Part shown: positions 8,580 to 19,554 of the stretch, piece after piece
How the letters are laid out: every line of letters begins with the position of its first letter
How positions within the stretch are numbered: position 1 is the stretch's first letter
Assembly (NCBI GenBank): GCA_963807165.1
Contig: CAWDZM010000001.1
Location: 32,214 to 96,213, forward strand
DNA: 64,000 nucleotides
Direction: 5' to 3'
DNA from: an uncultured bacterium
GTDB taxonomy: Bacteria > Patescibacteriota > Minisyncoccia > UBA6257 > 2-01-FULL-56-20
Notes under the pieces: model-generated
The model's input: only the letters and a program-made list of their open reading frames with translations
Database searches by the model: none
What the model was told of the DNA's origin: nothing
Translations under genes and position numbers: made by a program

Positions 8580-10871
8580 ATGACAAACAAAAACCATTTC
8601 GAACAGGTGCGCAAGCGCGACGGTCGAATCGTCGCGTTCGATGAGGGAAGAATAACGAACGCGATCTTCCGCGCCATGCAGGCGCAGGGTGAGGGATCGA
8701 GCGACCATGCAGAGAAGGTTTCCGAGCAGGTGGCCGTCGCGCTTTCCAAAAAATATCCGGCGGGACACATTCCTACCATCGAAGAGATCCAGGACGTGGT
8801 GGAGAGCCAGCTCATCCTTATGGATTTTGCAAAGACCGCGAAGGGTTATATCTTATACCGCAACGATCGTGCCCAATTGCGCGAGAATACCAAGGTAATC
8901 CCCGAATCCGTGCAGAAGCTTGCGGCGGAGAGCAAGGCATTTTTCCATAATCAACTCGCAGAATTCGTTTATTACCGCACGTATGCCAACTGGATCCCGG
9001 AGGAAAACCGCCGCGAGACATGGATCGAGACGGTGGATCGTTATATAGCATTCATGCGCGAGAACATCGGCGAGAAGTTGACCGAGGCGGAATACAAAGA
9101 GGTGCGCCAGGCGATCTTGAGGCAGGAAGCGATGCCTTCCATGCGCTTGCTCCAGTTCGCAGGCAAGGCGGCGCGCGCCACGAACGTCGCCGCGTTCAAC
9201 TGCTCGTTCACCGCGCCGCAGAAGCTCGAGGACTTTGCGGAGATCATGTACATCTCCATGTGCGGCACGGGCGCCGGATTCTCCGTAGAGAGCCAGTACG
9301 TGCAGAAGCTTCCGCAGATCAAGCGCCAGGTGTTGAGTGGAAAGAAAAAAATGAAGAAGCACGTGGTTGATGACAGCAAAGAGGGCTGGTGCAACGCGCT
9401 CACGCTCGGCCTCAAGACGTGGTTCGACGGCAAGGATATTGAGTTCGATCTTTCGGAGCTTCGTCCAGCCGGTGCACGCTTGAAGACGATGGGCGGCAAG
9501 AGCTCCGGCCCGGAGCCGTTGCGCTCGCTCCTTTCGTTCGCGCGCGCGAAGATCTTGGCAAAACAGGGACGTCGCCTTTCAAATATCGATGTGCATGACA
9601 TCTGCTGCAAGATCGGCGAGGTGGTGGTGGCAGGCGGCGTGCGCCGCAGTGCGATGATCTCGCTTTCCGATCTCGACGACAAAGAGATGCAAACGGCAAA
9701 GACGGGCCAGTTCTACTTCACGGACCCTCAACGCTCGATGGCGAACAACTCCGCCGTCTACACGCGCAAGCCAGATGCGGAACAATTTATGGAGGAATGG
9801 CTTGCGTTGGCAAAGAGCCACACGGGCGAGCGCGGTATTTTCAATCGCGGCAGTCTTGCGCTCCAGATCCCAAAGCGCCGCAAGCGCTTGCTCGGTCAGA
9901 AGATATTGAAGATCGGCACGAATCCGTGCGGCGAGATCCTTCTCCAGCCAAAAGAGTTCTGCAATCTTTCGGAGGTGGTAGCGCGGGCGGAGGACACCGA
10001 AGAAACCTTGCTTCGGAAGATGCGCATTGCATCCATCCTTGGCACGTATCAATCAACACTGACGTACTTCCCATACCTTTCTAAGGAATGGAAGCAGAAC
10101 TGCGATACGGAGCGCTTGCTCGGCGTTTCCATCACCGGCCAGTGGGACTGCCCGGCGGTGCGGAACGAAGAAGTGCTCGCACGATTGCGTGATCGCGCCG
10201 TGGAGGTGAATAAAGAGTACGCAAAGCGGTTCGGGGTCGCTGCGTCATCTTCGGTCACGTGTGTAAAGCCGTCGGGCACGGTGTCGCAGACGGTGGACGC
10301 CGCGTCGGGATTGCACGCGCGCCATGCGGCATACTACATTCGCCGCGTGCGCATTTCCTCCAGCGACGCGCTCTTCCATATGATGAAAGACCAGAAGGTG
10401 CCGTACTTCCCGGAGGTCGGGCAGTCGGTATCATCGGCTTCCACATACGTCTTCGAATTTCCGGTGAAAGCACCAGAAGGTGCGGTGTTGAAAGATGATC
10501 TCTCCGCAATCGACCAGCTTGAGTATTGGCGCAAGGTGAAGGTGAACTACACCGAGCACAATCCGTCGGTGACGATTTCGATCGGCGAGAACGAGTGGAT
10601 CGCGGTGGCGAACTGGCTCTACGAGCACTGGGATATGATCGGCGGGTTGTCGTTCCTCCCGCGCGAGAACCATGCCTACCTTCTTGCACCGTATGAAGAG
10701 ATCACCAAGGATCGTTACGAGGAAATGGCGGCGAATATGCCGCAGATCGATTTCTCCCAGATCTTGCTGTACGAAAAAGAGGATTCGACTGACGTAAAGA
10801 AAGAACTTGCCTGCGTGGGTGGCGTATGCGAGGTCGACGATCTTCACGTTGACGCGGCGGTAGTCAAGTAA
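8580..10871 (+). CDS. nrdJ: class II (adenosylcobalamin-dependent) ribonucleotide reductase with an N-terminal ATP-cone
   Basis: ATP-cone: VRKRDGRIVAFDEGRITNAI. Catalytic TNPCGEILL motif. 763 aa. Confidence 0.8.
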   Translation: MTNKNHFEQVRKRDGRIVAFDEGRITNAIFRAMQAQGEGSSDHAEKVSEQVAVALSKKYPAGHIPTIEEIQDVVESQLILMDFAKTAKGYILYRNDRAQLRENTKVIPESVQKLAAESKAFFHNQLAEFVYYRTYANWIPEENRRETWIETVDRYIAFMRENIGEKLTEAEYKEVRQAILRQEAMPSMRLLQFAGKAARATNVAAFNCSFTAPQKLEDFAEIMYISMCGTGAGFSVESQYVQKLPQIKRQVLSGKKKMKKHVVDDSKEGWCNALTLGLKTWFDGKDIEFDLSELRPAGARLKTMGGKSSGPEPLRSLLSFARAKILAKQGRRLSNIDVHDICCKIGEVVVAGGVRRSAMISLSDLDDKEMQTAKTGQFYFTDPQRSMANNSAVYTRKPDAEQFMEEWLALAKSHTGERGIFNRGSLALQIPKRRKRLLGQKILKIGTNPCGEILLQPKEFCNLSEVVARAEDTEETLLRKMRIASILGTYQSTLTYFPYLSKEWKQNCDTERLLGVSITGQWDCPAVRNEEVLARLRDRAVEVNKEYAKRFGVAASSSVTCVKPSGTVSQTVDAASGLHARHAAYYIRRVRISSSDALFHMMKDQKVPYFPEVGQSVSSASTYVFEFPVKAPEGAVLKDDLSAIDQLEYWRKVKVNYTEHNPSVTISIGENEWIAVANWLYEHWDMIGGLSFLPRENHAYLLAPYEEITKDRYEEMAANMPQIDFSQILLYEKEDSTDVKKELACVGGVCEVDDLHVDAAVVK

Positions 10872-10876
10872 TAAAG

Positions 10877-10913
10877 TGGAGGGGATAGGCGATGGCGTCA
10901 CCCCTCCATTTTT
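10877..10913 (+). terminator. intrinsic terminator after nrdJ
   Basis: TGGAGGGG...CCCCTCCA stem followed by a T-run that runs into the pyrD ATG. Confidence 0.5.
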
Positions 10914-12002
10914 ATGTATGAAAAAATTCTAAAACCGGTCTTCTTTCGATTCGATCCGGAGCACGTCCACGATTTTTTTGTGTGGTTTGGTGAATTATTA
11001 GGGAGCAACTCGTTTACCCGATGGATCGTGGCGGTATCATGCGATTACGAACATCCGTCGCTCGCGACGCGCGTGGCGGGAATCAATTTTAAAAATCCGG
11101 TCGGGCTTGGCGCGGGTTTCGATAAAGACATCCGGCTGACGCGGACCATGCCCGCGGTGGGTTTTGGATTTATGGAGGTTGGCGCGATCACGCGGTTTCC
11201 GTATAAAGGAAATGACGGCCTGCGCCTTGCGCGCCTTCCGGACGACTGCTCGCTCATCGTCTATTACGGATTAAAGAACGATGGCGCGGAAGCGATTGAA
11301 AAGCGATTAAAAAAAATGAAGTTCGTGTTCCCGGTGGGGATCAACATCGCAAAGACCAATCGCGCGGATATTAAAGGAGAGAAATCAGTGGAGGATTATG
11401 TGGAGACCTATAAAATGCTCGCGCAGTATTTTGCGTACGTCACCTTGAACATCTCTTGCCCGAATGCGCAGGACGGGTGCACGTTCCAGGATCCGGCGAT
11501 GCTCGACGCGCTCCTTGCCGCAATTGGAAAAGAAAAAAAGGAGCGGCCGGTGTTTCTTAAGGTCTCGGCGCATCTTTCTACGGAAGAGATAGATGCGATT
11601 ATCGCGGTAGTAGAGAAGTACTCTTTCGTGGACGGATTTATCGTGGCGAATCTTGCCAAAGACCGAAGTGTTTTGCATTTGCGATCCTCTAAAGAAGAAT
11701 TGGGCGTGATCCCAGAGGGCGGCATCTCCGGCGCGCCGATCAAAATGCTCACGACGGCCATGATTCGGCATATTTATAAGAGGACGGGCGGGAAATATGT
11801 GATCATAGGGCTCGGTGGCGTGTTCACTGCGGAGGATGCGTATGAAAAGATCAAAGCGGGTGCATCACTCGTCCAGCTTGTGACGGGCATGATCTACGGC
11901 GGCCCGATGGCGATCAAAAAAATCAATCAAGGGTTGGTGAAACTGCTTGCACGGGATGGCTACGCAACGATCGCAGACGCGGTTGGGAAGAGCGCGCGAT
12001 AA
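10914..12002 (+). CDS. pyrD: dihydroorotate dehydrogenase (quinone), class 2
   Basis: N-terminal membrane-association helix. The GLGAGFDK and FMEVGAIT PyrD motifs. Confidence 0.85.
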   Translation: MYEKILKPVFFRFDPEHVHDFFVWFGELLGSNSFTRWIVAVSCDYEHPSLATRVAGINFKNPVGLGAGFDKDIRLTRTMPAVGFGFMEVGAITRFPYKGNDGLRLARLPDDCSLIVYYGLKNDGAEAIEKRLKKMKFVFPVGINIAKTNRADIKGEKSVEDYVETYKMLAQYFAYVTLNISCPNAQDGCTFQDPAMLDALLAAIGKEKKERPVFLKVSAHLSTEEIDAIIAVVEKYSFVDGFIVANLAKDRSVLHLRSSKEELGVIPEGGISGAPIKMLTTAMIRHIYKRTGGKYVIIGLGGVFTAEDAYEKIKAGASLVQLVTGMIYGGPMAIKKINQGLVKLLARDGYATIADAVGKSAR

Positions 12003-12007
12003 TCTGG

Positions 12008-12013
12008 TAATAT
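12008..12013 (+). promoter_or_regulatory. TAATAT -10-like hexamer 6 nt upstream of ATG 12020
   Basis: Same leaderless geometry. Confidence 0.3.
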
Positions 12014-12019
12014 GAGAAT

Positions 12020-13309
12020 ATGAAGATACAGAACTTTGACGAGCTTGCGACGACGGACGCGCGCCGGGCGTTGCTCACAATCGCCGAAGCGGGATACGAA
12101 GCGATCGATACAGAGGCGGTGCTCGCGAAGGCAATGCGGCTCGATGGCGACACGCTCTCGCTTGGCAGAATTATGATCGATCTCACCAGCGCCAGAAAAA
12201 TTATTTTTATTGCGATAGGAAAATGCGCTGCCAGAGCGGGAGTGTATGCCGAGCGTGTGCTGGGTGATCGCATCACGGCGGGCGTGGTGGTGGATATTGA
12301 ACAGTGTCCTGCGCTCACGCACCTACAGACATTCTGCGGTACCCATCCGCTCCCATCGGATGAAAACCTCCATGCCGCTGAAGCGATCGTGGCATCGCTC
12401 CAAGGACTCACCGATCATGACCTCGTGATCTTTGTTATCTCCGGCGGCGGCTCGACGCTCTTATTCTTGCCGGAAGATCCTGCGAGCAAAGAAGAAGTGC
12501 CTATCATGACCGCGCTCATCAATGCGGGTGCGACCATCCAGGATATCAACGTCATCCGCAAGCATCTTTCGCGCGCGCGCGGCGGCAACCTGGCGAAGGA
12601 TGCGTATCCCGCGCGAGTGGTGTCGCTCATTTTCTCCGATGTAGTCGGCGACGATCTTTCATCGATTGCGTCCGGGCCGACGGTGCGTGATCAAACGACG
12701 GTAGAGGAGGCCGCGTACGTTCTTGAAAAGTTTGATATTTTAAAAACCTGCGGGCTTGAGCGGTGCGGGCTCATCGAAACCCCAAAAGAAGAAAAATATT
12801 TTGCAAAGGTCTCGAATTTGCTCGTCGTTTCAAACTCGCATGCGCTCGAGGCGATGGAGGCCGCGGCGGCGCGGCTGGGCTTTGCGACGGACATCCGGAG
12901 TAGCGTTCTTGCGGGCGAGGCGGATGATGTCGGTTGGATGATCGCAGACGCGATCCATGCCGCGCCGCCGCGGACGGCGCTTTTGTGGGCGGGTGAGACG
13001 ACGGTGACGGTGCACGGCACCGGCCGCGGGGGAAGAAATCTGCAACTGTGCCTTTCCGCGCTGCGATTTGTGGCTGATGATGAAGAGATATTGTCGTTTG
13101 CATCCGACGGACGCGATCACGGCGCATTCGCAGGCGCTATCTGTGATACAATAACAAAAAGAGCCGCGGTTGAAACGGGCATCGACCCGGAATTTTTCCG
13201 CGCAAAGAACGATGCATATTCATTTTTTGAAAAAATCGGCAACTATCTCGATACCGGCGATACGGGGTCGAACGTTTCCGACCTGATCATCGCGTTAAAA
13301 GTTGATTAA
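12020..13309 (+). CDS. glycerate 2-kinase, MOFRL family (DUF4147 + MOFRL)
   Basis: GKCAARAG, VISGGGSTL and RKHLSRARGG motifs typical of MOFRL glycerate kinases. Confidence 0.7.
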   Translation: MKIQNFDELATTDARRALLTIAEAGYEAIDTEAVLAKAMRLDGDTLSLGRIMIDLTSARKIIFIAIGKCAARAGVYAERVLGDRITAGVVVDIEQCPALTHLQTFCGTHPLPSDENLHAAEAIVASLQGLTDHDLVIFVISGGGSTLLFLPEDPASKEEVPIMTALINAGATIQDINVIRKHLSRARGGNLAKDAYPARVVSLIFSDVVGDDLSSIASGPTVRDQTTVEEAAYVLEKFDILKTCGLERCGLIETPKEEKYFAKVSNLLVVSNSHALEAMEAAAARLGFATDIRSSVLAGEADDVGWMIADAIHAAPPRTALLWAGETTVTVHGTGRGGRNLQLCLSALRFVADDEEILSFASDGRDHGAFAGAICDTITKRAAVETGIDPEFFRAKNDAYSFFEKIGNYLDTGDTGSNVSDLIIALKVD

Positions 13310-13331
13310 GGCCCAAAACTATTAAAAATTC

Positions 13332-15826
13332 ATGAAAAAATACATATTACAATTCGAAGAGGTTGGCATCAAGGACGTCGGGATGGTTGGGGGGAAGAAT
13401 GCATCGCTCGGTGAGATGATCCGGACGTTGGGATCAAAAGGCGTGCCGGTGCCATCGGGATTCACCGTCACTGCTGACGGCTATTATTACTTTTTGGCGA
13501 GCACCGGCCTCGATAAGTTTATTAAAGAAACGTTAAAAGGGTTGAACACGAAGAATCTCAAGGAGCTTGAGCGTGTAGGCACGTTGATCCGCGAAAAGAT
13601 GGTGGCCACGGAATTCCCGGATGACCTCAACAAGGATATCGTGGATGCCTATCATAACTTTATCGAAAAGCGTTACGGCAAGAACGCGGACGTCGCAGTG
13701 CGTTCTTCCGCCACTGCGGAAGATCTTCCGGGCGCGAGCTTTGCGGGCGAACAGGAGAGCTATCTCGGCATCCGTGGCGCAAAGGAGGTGTGCGTCGCGG
13801 TCCGTGCGACCATGGCATCACTCTTTACCGATCGTGCGATCTCGTATCGCGCGGACCGCGGCTTCGATCACTTGAAGATCGCTTTGAGCGCGGGCGTGCA
13901 GAAGATGGTGCGTTCGGATAAGGCGTGCTCCGGCGTTATGTTCTCGGTGGACACGGAATCCGGTTTCCCAAACATCGTTATCATCAACGGTTCGTGGGGC
14001 CTCGGTGAGATGATCGTGAAGGGCGAGGTCACGCCGGACGAATATATTATCTGGAAGGATGGCTTAAAGAACGGCGTCGCAAAACCGATCATCGAGCGCA
14101 AGCTCGGCGTGAAGTTACGCAAGATGATCTATCACCCGCGCGCGGGAACCGGCGTTGCTGACATTCAACAGACCAAAATTATTGATACGAGTGAAAGCGA
14201 GCGCGACACGTTTGTGCTGACCGATAAAGAAGTGGCACAGCTCGCGACGTGGGGCACTATGATAGAGAAGCACTACACCGACCACTATAAGAAGTGGACG
14301 CCGATGGATATGGAATGGGCAAAGGATGGCGTTACCGGCCAGATCTATATCGTGCAGGCGCGTCCGGAAACGATCCAGGCCGGCCGGGATTTCTCAAAGC
14401 TCACGGAATATATTCCGCTTGAGACAAAGAAGCCTATTCTTACGGGCGCGTCGGTGGGCTCCAAGATCGCGACGGGCAAGGCACACATCATCTTGGAGGC
14501 AAAACACATCGGCGATTTCAAAAAAGGTGAAGTGCTCGTGACGACGATGACCGATCCCGATTGGGAGCCGATCATGAAGATGGCGTCGGCGATCGTAACG
14601 GACAAGGGCGGGCGCACGTCACACGCGGCGATCGTTTCGCGCGAGCTGGGCATTCCGGCAATCGTCGGAACTGAGAAGGCGACGAAGCTTATCAAAACGG
14701 GGGAGCTCATCACGGTGGATACCACCGGCAGTGGCGGAAATATTTATCAAGGTGCGTTGAAGTTCAAAGTAGTGAATCACGACCTCAAAAAGATTCCGAA
14801 GACAAAGACAAAGGTAATGGTGAATGTGGCCGTCGCGGACAGCGCGTTCGAAGTTTCATTCCTGCCGAACGACGGGGTGGGTCTTGCGCGCGAGGAGTTC
14901 ATCATCGCGTCCAAGATGGGATTGCACCCGATGGCGCTGCTCAACTTAAAAGATCAGACGCCGGTGGTGCGTGCCGCGATCGAAAAGAAGATCGCGGGCT
15001 GGAATGATCCGAAGCAATATTATATCGACAACCTTGCGTTCGGCATCGCAAAGATCGGCGCGGCGTTCTATCCGCGCAAAGTGATCGTGCGCTTTTCGGA
15101 TTTCAAAACGAACGAATATCGCACATTGCTCGGCGGCGAGGCGTATGAACCAAAGGAAGAGAATCCGATGATCGGCTGGCGCGGCGCATCGCGATACTAT
15201 GACCCCAAGTTCAAACCGGCATTCATGATGGAAGCCGCCGCGATGAAGATGGTGCGCGAGGAGATGGGGCTTACGAATGTGATCCCGATGGTGCCATTCT
15301 GTCGCACGGTGGAGGAAGGCATCAAGGTGCAGGAAACGATGGCCGAGGCGGGTTTGATCACGAACTACATCGCGCATCGCGGCGGCAGGCTTGTCGCGCA
15401 CGCGAGAAAGTTCAAGCTCGGCGCAAAGGCCGGCACACACCGATCTACGTGATGTGCGAGATCCCGTCGAACGTGTTGCTCGCGGACAAGTTCCTCGATA
15501 TCTTTGACGGTATGTCCATCGGTTCAAACGACCTTACCCAGCTTACACTCGGTTTGGATCGTGATTCCGGTATCGTCACCAAGATCGCGAACGAGAATAA
15601 CGAGGCGGTAAAGATCCTGATCGGCGACATCATCAAGAAGTGCCGCGCGCGGAAAAAGTACATCGGCATCTGCGGTCAGGCGCCGTCGGATTATCCGGAC
15701 TTCGCGCAATTCCTCGTGACCCGCGGCATCGAAAGTATTTCGCTCAATCCGGACACCGTCGTCCCGACCACGATCGCGATTGCAAAAGAGGAAGCGAAGA
15801 TGAAAGGGAAAAAGGTTCCGAAATAA
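13332..15826 (+). CDS. ppsA: phosphoenolpyruvate synthase (pyruvate, water dikinase), split by a frameshift near 15435-15445 in a CACACAC run
   Basis: 706-aa N-terminal ORF ([20 protein letters not shown] phospho-His region) plus 125-aa C-terminal ORF (VMCEIPSN...[12 protein letters not shown]-utilising TIM barrel) in another frame. Confidence 0.8.
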
Positions 15827-15992
15827 GATTAAAAAATCGTTAAATCTTATTTGACATCTGGTTGCGCGAAAGGTATTATAGTTGAGGAGCAAGGTCCGCA
15901 AAACCTGTGGATGAAAACCCTGTTTGGCGCAAAAACGACCACCTAATAAGCGGCCGTTTTTTATTTTTATCGTTACGTGGTAATATCTCGGT

Positions 15993-16574
15993 ATGCCTAA
16001 TAAAAAGCAGTATTTTTTCGTCGGAATTATAACTATAATAGTTATTATCGCTGTGGGAGCCGATTTTTTTTGGCAGTCACGTCGGAATAATCCTCAGACG
16101 AATCCAGTAAGCATATTTAATATTTCAGCTCCTGCGGGATGGAAAAAACTTTCTCCTGCGGTATCTCCGACCGATCAGCCATTAACGTCTCAGACGATAG
16201 ATTTTGAAAAAATATCGACTTCGACAAATAGCAACAGAGTAGAACGGGCAATAGAAGTCAATTTTGAAAATTATGGAATCTCCATAGGGCCTTCGCTGAA
16301 TGGAGCCGGTTTATATGAATCTTTTGTTTCGGCGCAAACGTGGAATGTGGTTAACGGCTATATTATTTTGGGAATAACCCGCCCGAATCAGGTGATGTAT
16401 ATCGTTGTCGCTCCAAATGGAAATTATGATTATACTTATTCATTTTCTCTGACTTCCGCCCAAGCCGATTTGCCGGGGTTAAGCAACGCTCTAGTTGATT
16501 TAGCAGATGTACAAACTTTACAGGCAATGGCTCGGAATTTTACAGAAAGTCTTCCGGGTAGTATGTCCCAGTAA
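15993..16574 (+). CDS. secreted/membrane-anchored hypothetical protein; paralog of the next gene
   Basis: N-terminal TM anchor. Shared motifs with 16633-17253: PAGW, TWNVVNGYIILG versus LWDVVNNKLVLG, and YTYSFSL versus DEYSFQL. Confidence 0.5.
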   Translation: MPNKKQYFFVGIITIIVIIAVGADFFWQSRRNNPQTNPVSIFNISAPAGWKKLSPAVSPTDQPLTSQTIDFEKISTSTNSNRVERAIEVNFENYGISIGPSLNGAGLYESFVSAQTWNVVNGYIILGITRPNQVMYIVVAPNGNYDYTYSFSLTSAQADLPGLSNALVDLADVQTLQAMARNFTESLPGSMSQ

Positions 16575-16632
16575 GTTATTCGCCAGGGCGTGAAGTAGAG
16601 TCGAATTTTTTCTTCTACGTAGGATCAATTTC

Positions 16633-17253
16633 ATGCAAAATAAAAAAATATATTTGTTGATTCTAAGCTTAGCGCTAGTCGGCATTGGGAGCCTTGTCTT
16701 AGGACAGCATCTTTCCCATCAAGCAACGCAAACAGCATCCTTAGTATCGGCGCCTTCCATACCGAGTATTCCTACCCCCGCAGGATGGTATTTATGGGGA
16801 AGGGAGCATTTACCTAATTATCCCAATGCGACAGATACTACAGTCAATTATATGACCTTCGGCGATCAACCTATTAATAATACGGGCAATAATACTTCGA
16901 CATCTATCGTTGTTACCGCCAATGGAATCACTGATGGAAACGGTAACCCGACATCGACCGATATTGGGTGGGCATGGCTCCGCGGCATCTTGGATGCAGG
17001 AGAGAGTCAAACATCGACTCAACTTTGGGATGTCGTGAATAATAAGCTAGTGCTTGGAGAAGTAAGTCTCAACCCCTCGGGAAGATATATGCTTACTTAT
17101 TATCTCATCTATGGCGGCGATGAGTATTCATTCCAGCTTATTCCGTCTCCGTTTCTCCCTTCGTCGACCCAATACAATCAAGCGAACATCATCAATAGTC
17201 CTGACGCTCAGGTATTACGTGAAGTAGTAAAAGAGGTTGCTGGGCAGATATAA
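16633..17253 (+). CDS. secreted/membrane-anchored hypothetical protein; paralog of the previous gene
   Basis: Signal anchor. Ser/Thr/Asn-rich. Motifs shared with 15993-16574. Confidence 0.5.
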   Translation: MQNKKIYLLILSLALVGIGSLVLGQHLSHQATQTASLVSAPSIPSIPTPAGWYLWGREHLPNYPNATDTTVNYMTFGDQPINNTGNNTSTSIVVTANGITDGNGNPTSTDIGWAWLRGILDAGESQTSTQLWDVVNNKLVLGEVSLNPSGRYMLTYYLIYGGDEYSFQLIPSPFLPSSTQYNQANIINSPDAQVLREVVKEVAGQI

Positions 17254-17280
17254 GCAACTCAAAAGTATCCTTTTTTGTTG

Positions 17281-17286
17281 TATAAT
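17281..17286 (+). promoter_or_regulatory. TATAAT -10 hexamer 6 nt upstream of ATG 17293
   Basis: Exact hexamer. Supports the 17293 start over the track start at 17275. Confidence 0.4.
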
Positions 17287-17292
17287 ACCCAT

Positions 17293-18285
17293 ATGGCACA
17301 CAAAGTAACATTCTTTAATTGCAGTAAATGGGGCGAAGAAGGGAGGTCGTATTTAGAGGCAAGTGCGAAGCTCAAGGCGGCGGGCGTGGCGGTGGAGTTC
17401 GTGGACGATATATTAAGCAAAGATAAAATTCCGCAAGGCGCGGCGGCGGCCTTTGACATCGCAGGCATTTTTATGGATTCGCCGGTGGACGCGGCAGTGA
17501 TAGCGGCGTTGCCGGAGCTCACGTTTATCACAACAGGTTCCACGGGCTTTGATCATATCGATCTCGCCGCCGCCGCCGCGCGCGGGATTCCGGTGTCGTC
17601 CGTTCCGGCATATGGCGAGAACACCGTCGCCGAGTTTGCGTTCGCGCTCATCCTCGCGCTCTCGCGCAAGATCATCAAAGCGAACGCGCGAGTGCGCATC
17701 GAGGGAAAATTTACCACCGACGGCCTCTGTGGTTTTGACCTCGCCGGCAAGACGATCGGCGTCGTTGGCACCGGCCGCATCGGCAAGCACGCGATTCGCA
17801 TGGCAAAAGGATTTGGTATGAATATCGTTGCGTACGATGTGTATCATGACGACGCCTTCGCAAAGGAAATGAATTTTACGTATCTGTCGCTTGAAGATCT
17901 TTTAAAACAGAGCGACGTCATCACGATCCACGCGCCATATCTTCCCACTACTCATCATCTGATCAATGTAGATAATGTTCATCTGATTAAACGCGGCGCG
18001 ATCCTGATCAATACGGCTCGCGGCGCGATCGTAGAAACGAAGGCGCTCGTTGAAGCGCTCAAAGATGGCACACTTGCGGGTGCAGGTATCGACGTACTCG
18101 AAGAAGAGGTGGCGATGAAGGCGGGGGATATGTCGCTCGACGCGGATCTTATCCAGTTGCCGAACGTGATCGTCACGCCGCATAACGCGTTCAATACTCA
18201 CGAAGCATTTCTTCGTATCCTCGATACCACAATCGATAACATCGTCGCGTTCATGAACGGCACGCCGACGAATTTGGTCAAATGA
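17293..18285 (+). CDS. D-isomer-specific 2-hydroxyacid dehydrogenase (D-lactate/phosphoglycerate dehydrogenase-like)
   Basis: GVVGTGRIGKHA NAD-binding motif. Catalytic domain typical of the family. Confidence 0.75.
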   Translation: MAHKVTFFNCSKWGEEGRSYLEASAKLKAAGVAVEFVDDILSKDKIPQGAAAAFDIAGIFMDSPVDAAVIAALPELTFITTGSTGFDHIDLAAAAARGIPVSSVPAYGENTVAEFAFALILALSRKIIKANARVRIEGKFTTDGLCGFDLAGKTIGVVGTGRIGKHAIRMAKGFGMNIVAYDVYHDDAFAKEMNFTYLSLEDLLKQSDVITIHAPYLPTTHHLINVDNVHLIKRGAILINTARGAIVETKALVEALKDGTLAGAGIDVLEEEVAMKAGDMSLDADLIQLPNVIVTPHNAFNTHEAFLRILDTTIDNIVAFMNGTPTNLVK

Positions 18286-19463
18286 AAATAAGTTCGCTGA
18301 GTGCGCGGCAGATCCTCGATTCCCGCGGACAGTGGACGATAGAAGCTTCGCTCACATTGCAGAACGGCATTCGCGCGACGGCGAGCGTGCCGCAGGGCAA
18401 GAGCACGGGCGCCACGGAGGCGCACGCGTTGCCTGCCGCGCAAGCGGTGAAGAATATCAATACCACAATTGCCACGCGCATCATCCATAAAGATTTTTTG
18501 GATCAGGCGGCGGTGGATGAATTTCTGGTGCGCCTTGATGGCACGCCGACGAAGTCGCGCCTCGGGGCGAACGCCATCCTTGGTATTTCGATCGCATTCC
18601 TCCGCGCCACCGCGCGCACAAAAAAACTTCCGCTCTGGAAGCATATTCGCGACGTCTACGGCATTTGGGTTGACCCGACCGCGACCGCCCTGCACCCGCG
18701 GCTTTTTATGAATGTGGTGAATGGCGGCCTGCACGCGGGTAATAATCTGCACTTTCAGGAATATTTAATAATCCCGAAGGCACGGACGTTTCGCGAGTCA
18801 ATTGATATCGGCACAGCGATCTATCATGCGCTTGGTGCGGCGCTCGTTAAGGCCAAGGGCCGCGGCGCGGCAAATCTTGGTGATGAAGGCGGTTTTGCGC
18901 CGAACTTTAAGAATGACCTCGAGCCGTTCCATCTGCTCCGCGCCGCCGCGAAGAAATTAAAACTAGATAAAAAAATCGATTTCGGTATTGATGCCGCCGC
19001 GACGGACATCAAAGGACTTTCGCGTCAACAGCTCAATAATACGTATAAGAAGTTAATCAAAGAATATTCGCCACTCTATATAGAGGATCCGTTCCCCGAG
19101 AACGATTTCAAAAATTTTGCGGCGTTCACAGCGATGAATAAAAAACTGTGGATCGCAGGCGATGACCTCACCACCACAAATACCGATCGCGTGGAAATTG
19201 CGCAAGCGAAGAAAAGTGTGAATGCGATCATTATCAAGCCGAATCAGATCGGCACCGTCACGGAAACCCTCAACGCCGTGCGCTTGGCACGGGCATTCAA
19301 GTGGGCGGTCGTCGTATCGCATCGCAGCGGCGAGACGAACGATGATTTCATTGCAGACCTTGCCTACGGCGTAGCCGCCGACGGTTTTAAGCTCGGAGCT
19401 CCTGCCCGCGGCGAGCGTATTGCAAAATATAATCGGTTGATGGAGATAGAAAACGGGAAATAG
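18282..19463 (+). CDS. eno: enolase (phosphopyruvate hydratase)
   Basis: ILDSRG N-terminus. SHRSGETND and KYNRLMEIE C-terminal motifs. Confidence 0.9.
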   Translation: MKISSLSARQILDSRGQWTIEASLTLQNGIRATASVPQGKSTGATEAHALPAAQAVKNINTTIATRIIHKDFLDQAAVDEFLVRLDGTPTKSRLGANAILGISIAFLRATARTKKLPLWKHIRDVYGIWVDPTATALHPRLFMNVVNGGLHAGNNLHFQEYLIIPKARTFRESIDIGTAIYHALGAALVKAKGRGAANLGDEGGFAPNFKNDLEPFHLLRAAAKKLKLDKKIDFGIDAAATDIKGLSRQQLNNTYKKLIKEYSPLYIEDPFPENDFKNFAAFTAMNKKLWIAGDDLTTTNTDRVEIAQAKKSVNAIIIKPNQIGTVTETLNAVRLARAFKWAVVVSHRSGETNDDFIADLAYGVAADGFKLGAPARGERIAKYNRLMEIENGK

Positions 19464-19554
19464 TGGGAAAAAATAAAAACATAGTGCCGCTCCCACCACG
19501 CAAAAAAGTATACCTATCGCGGATTAAATTCATCTAAAATGGGATTTTACTGCA

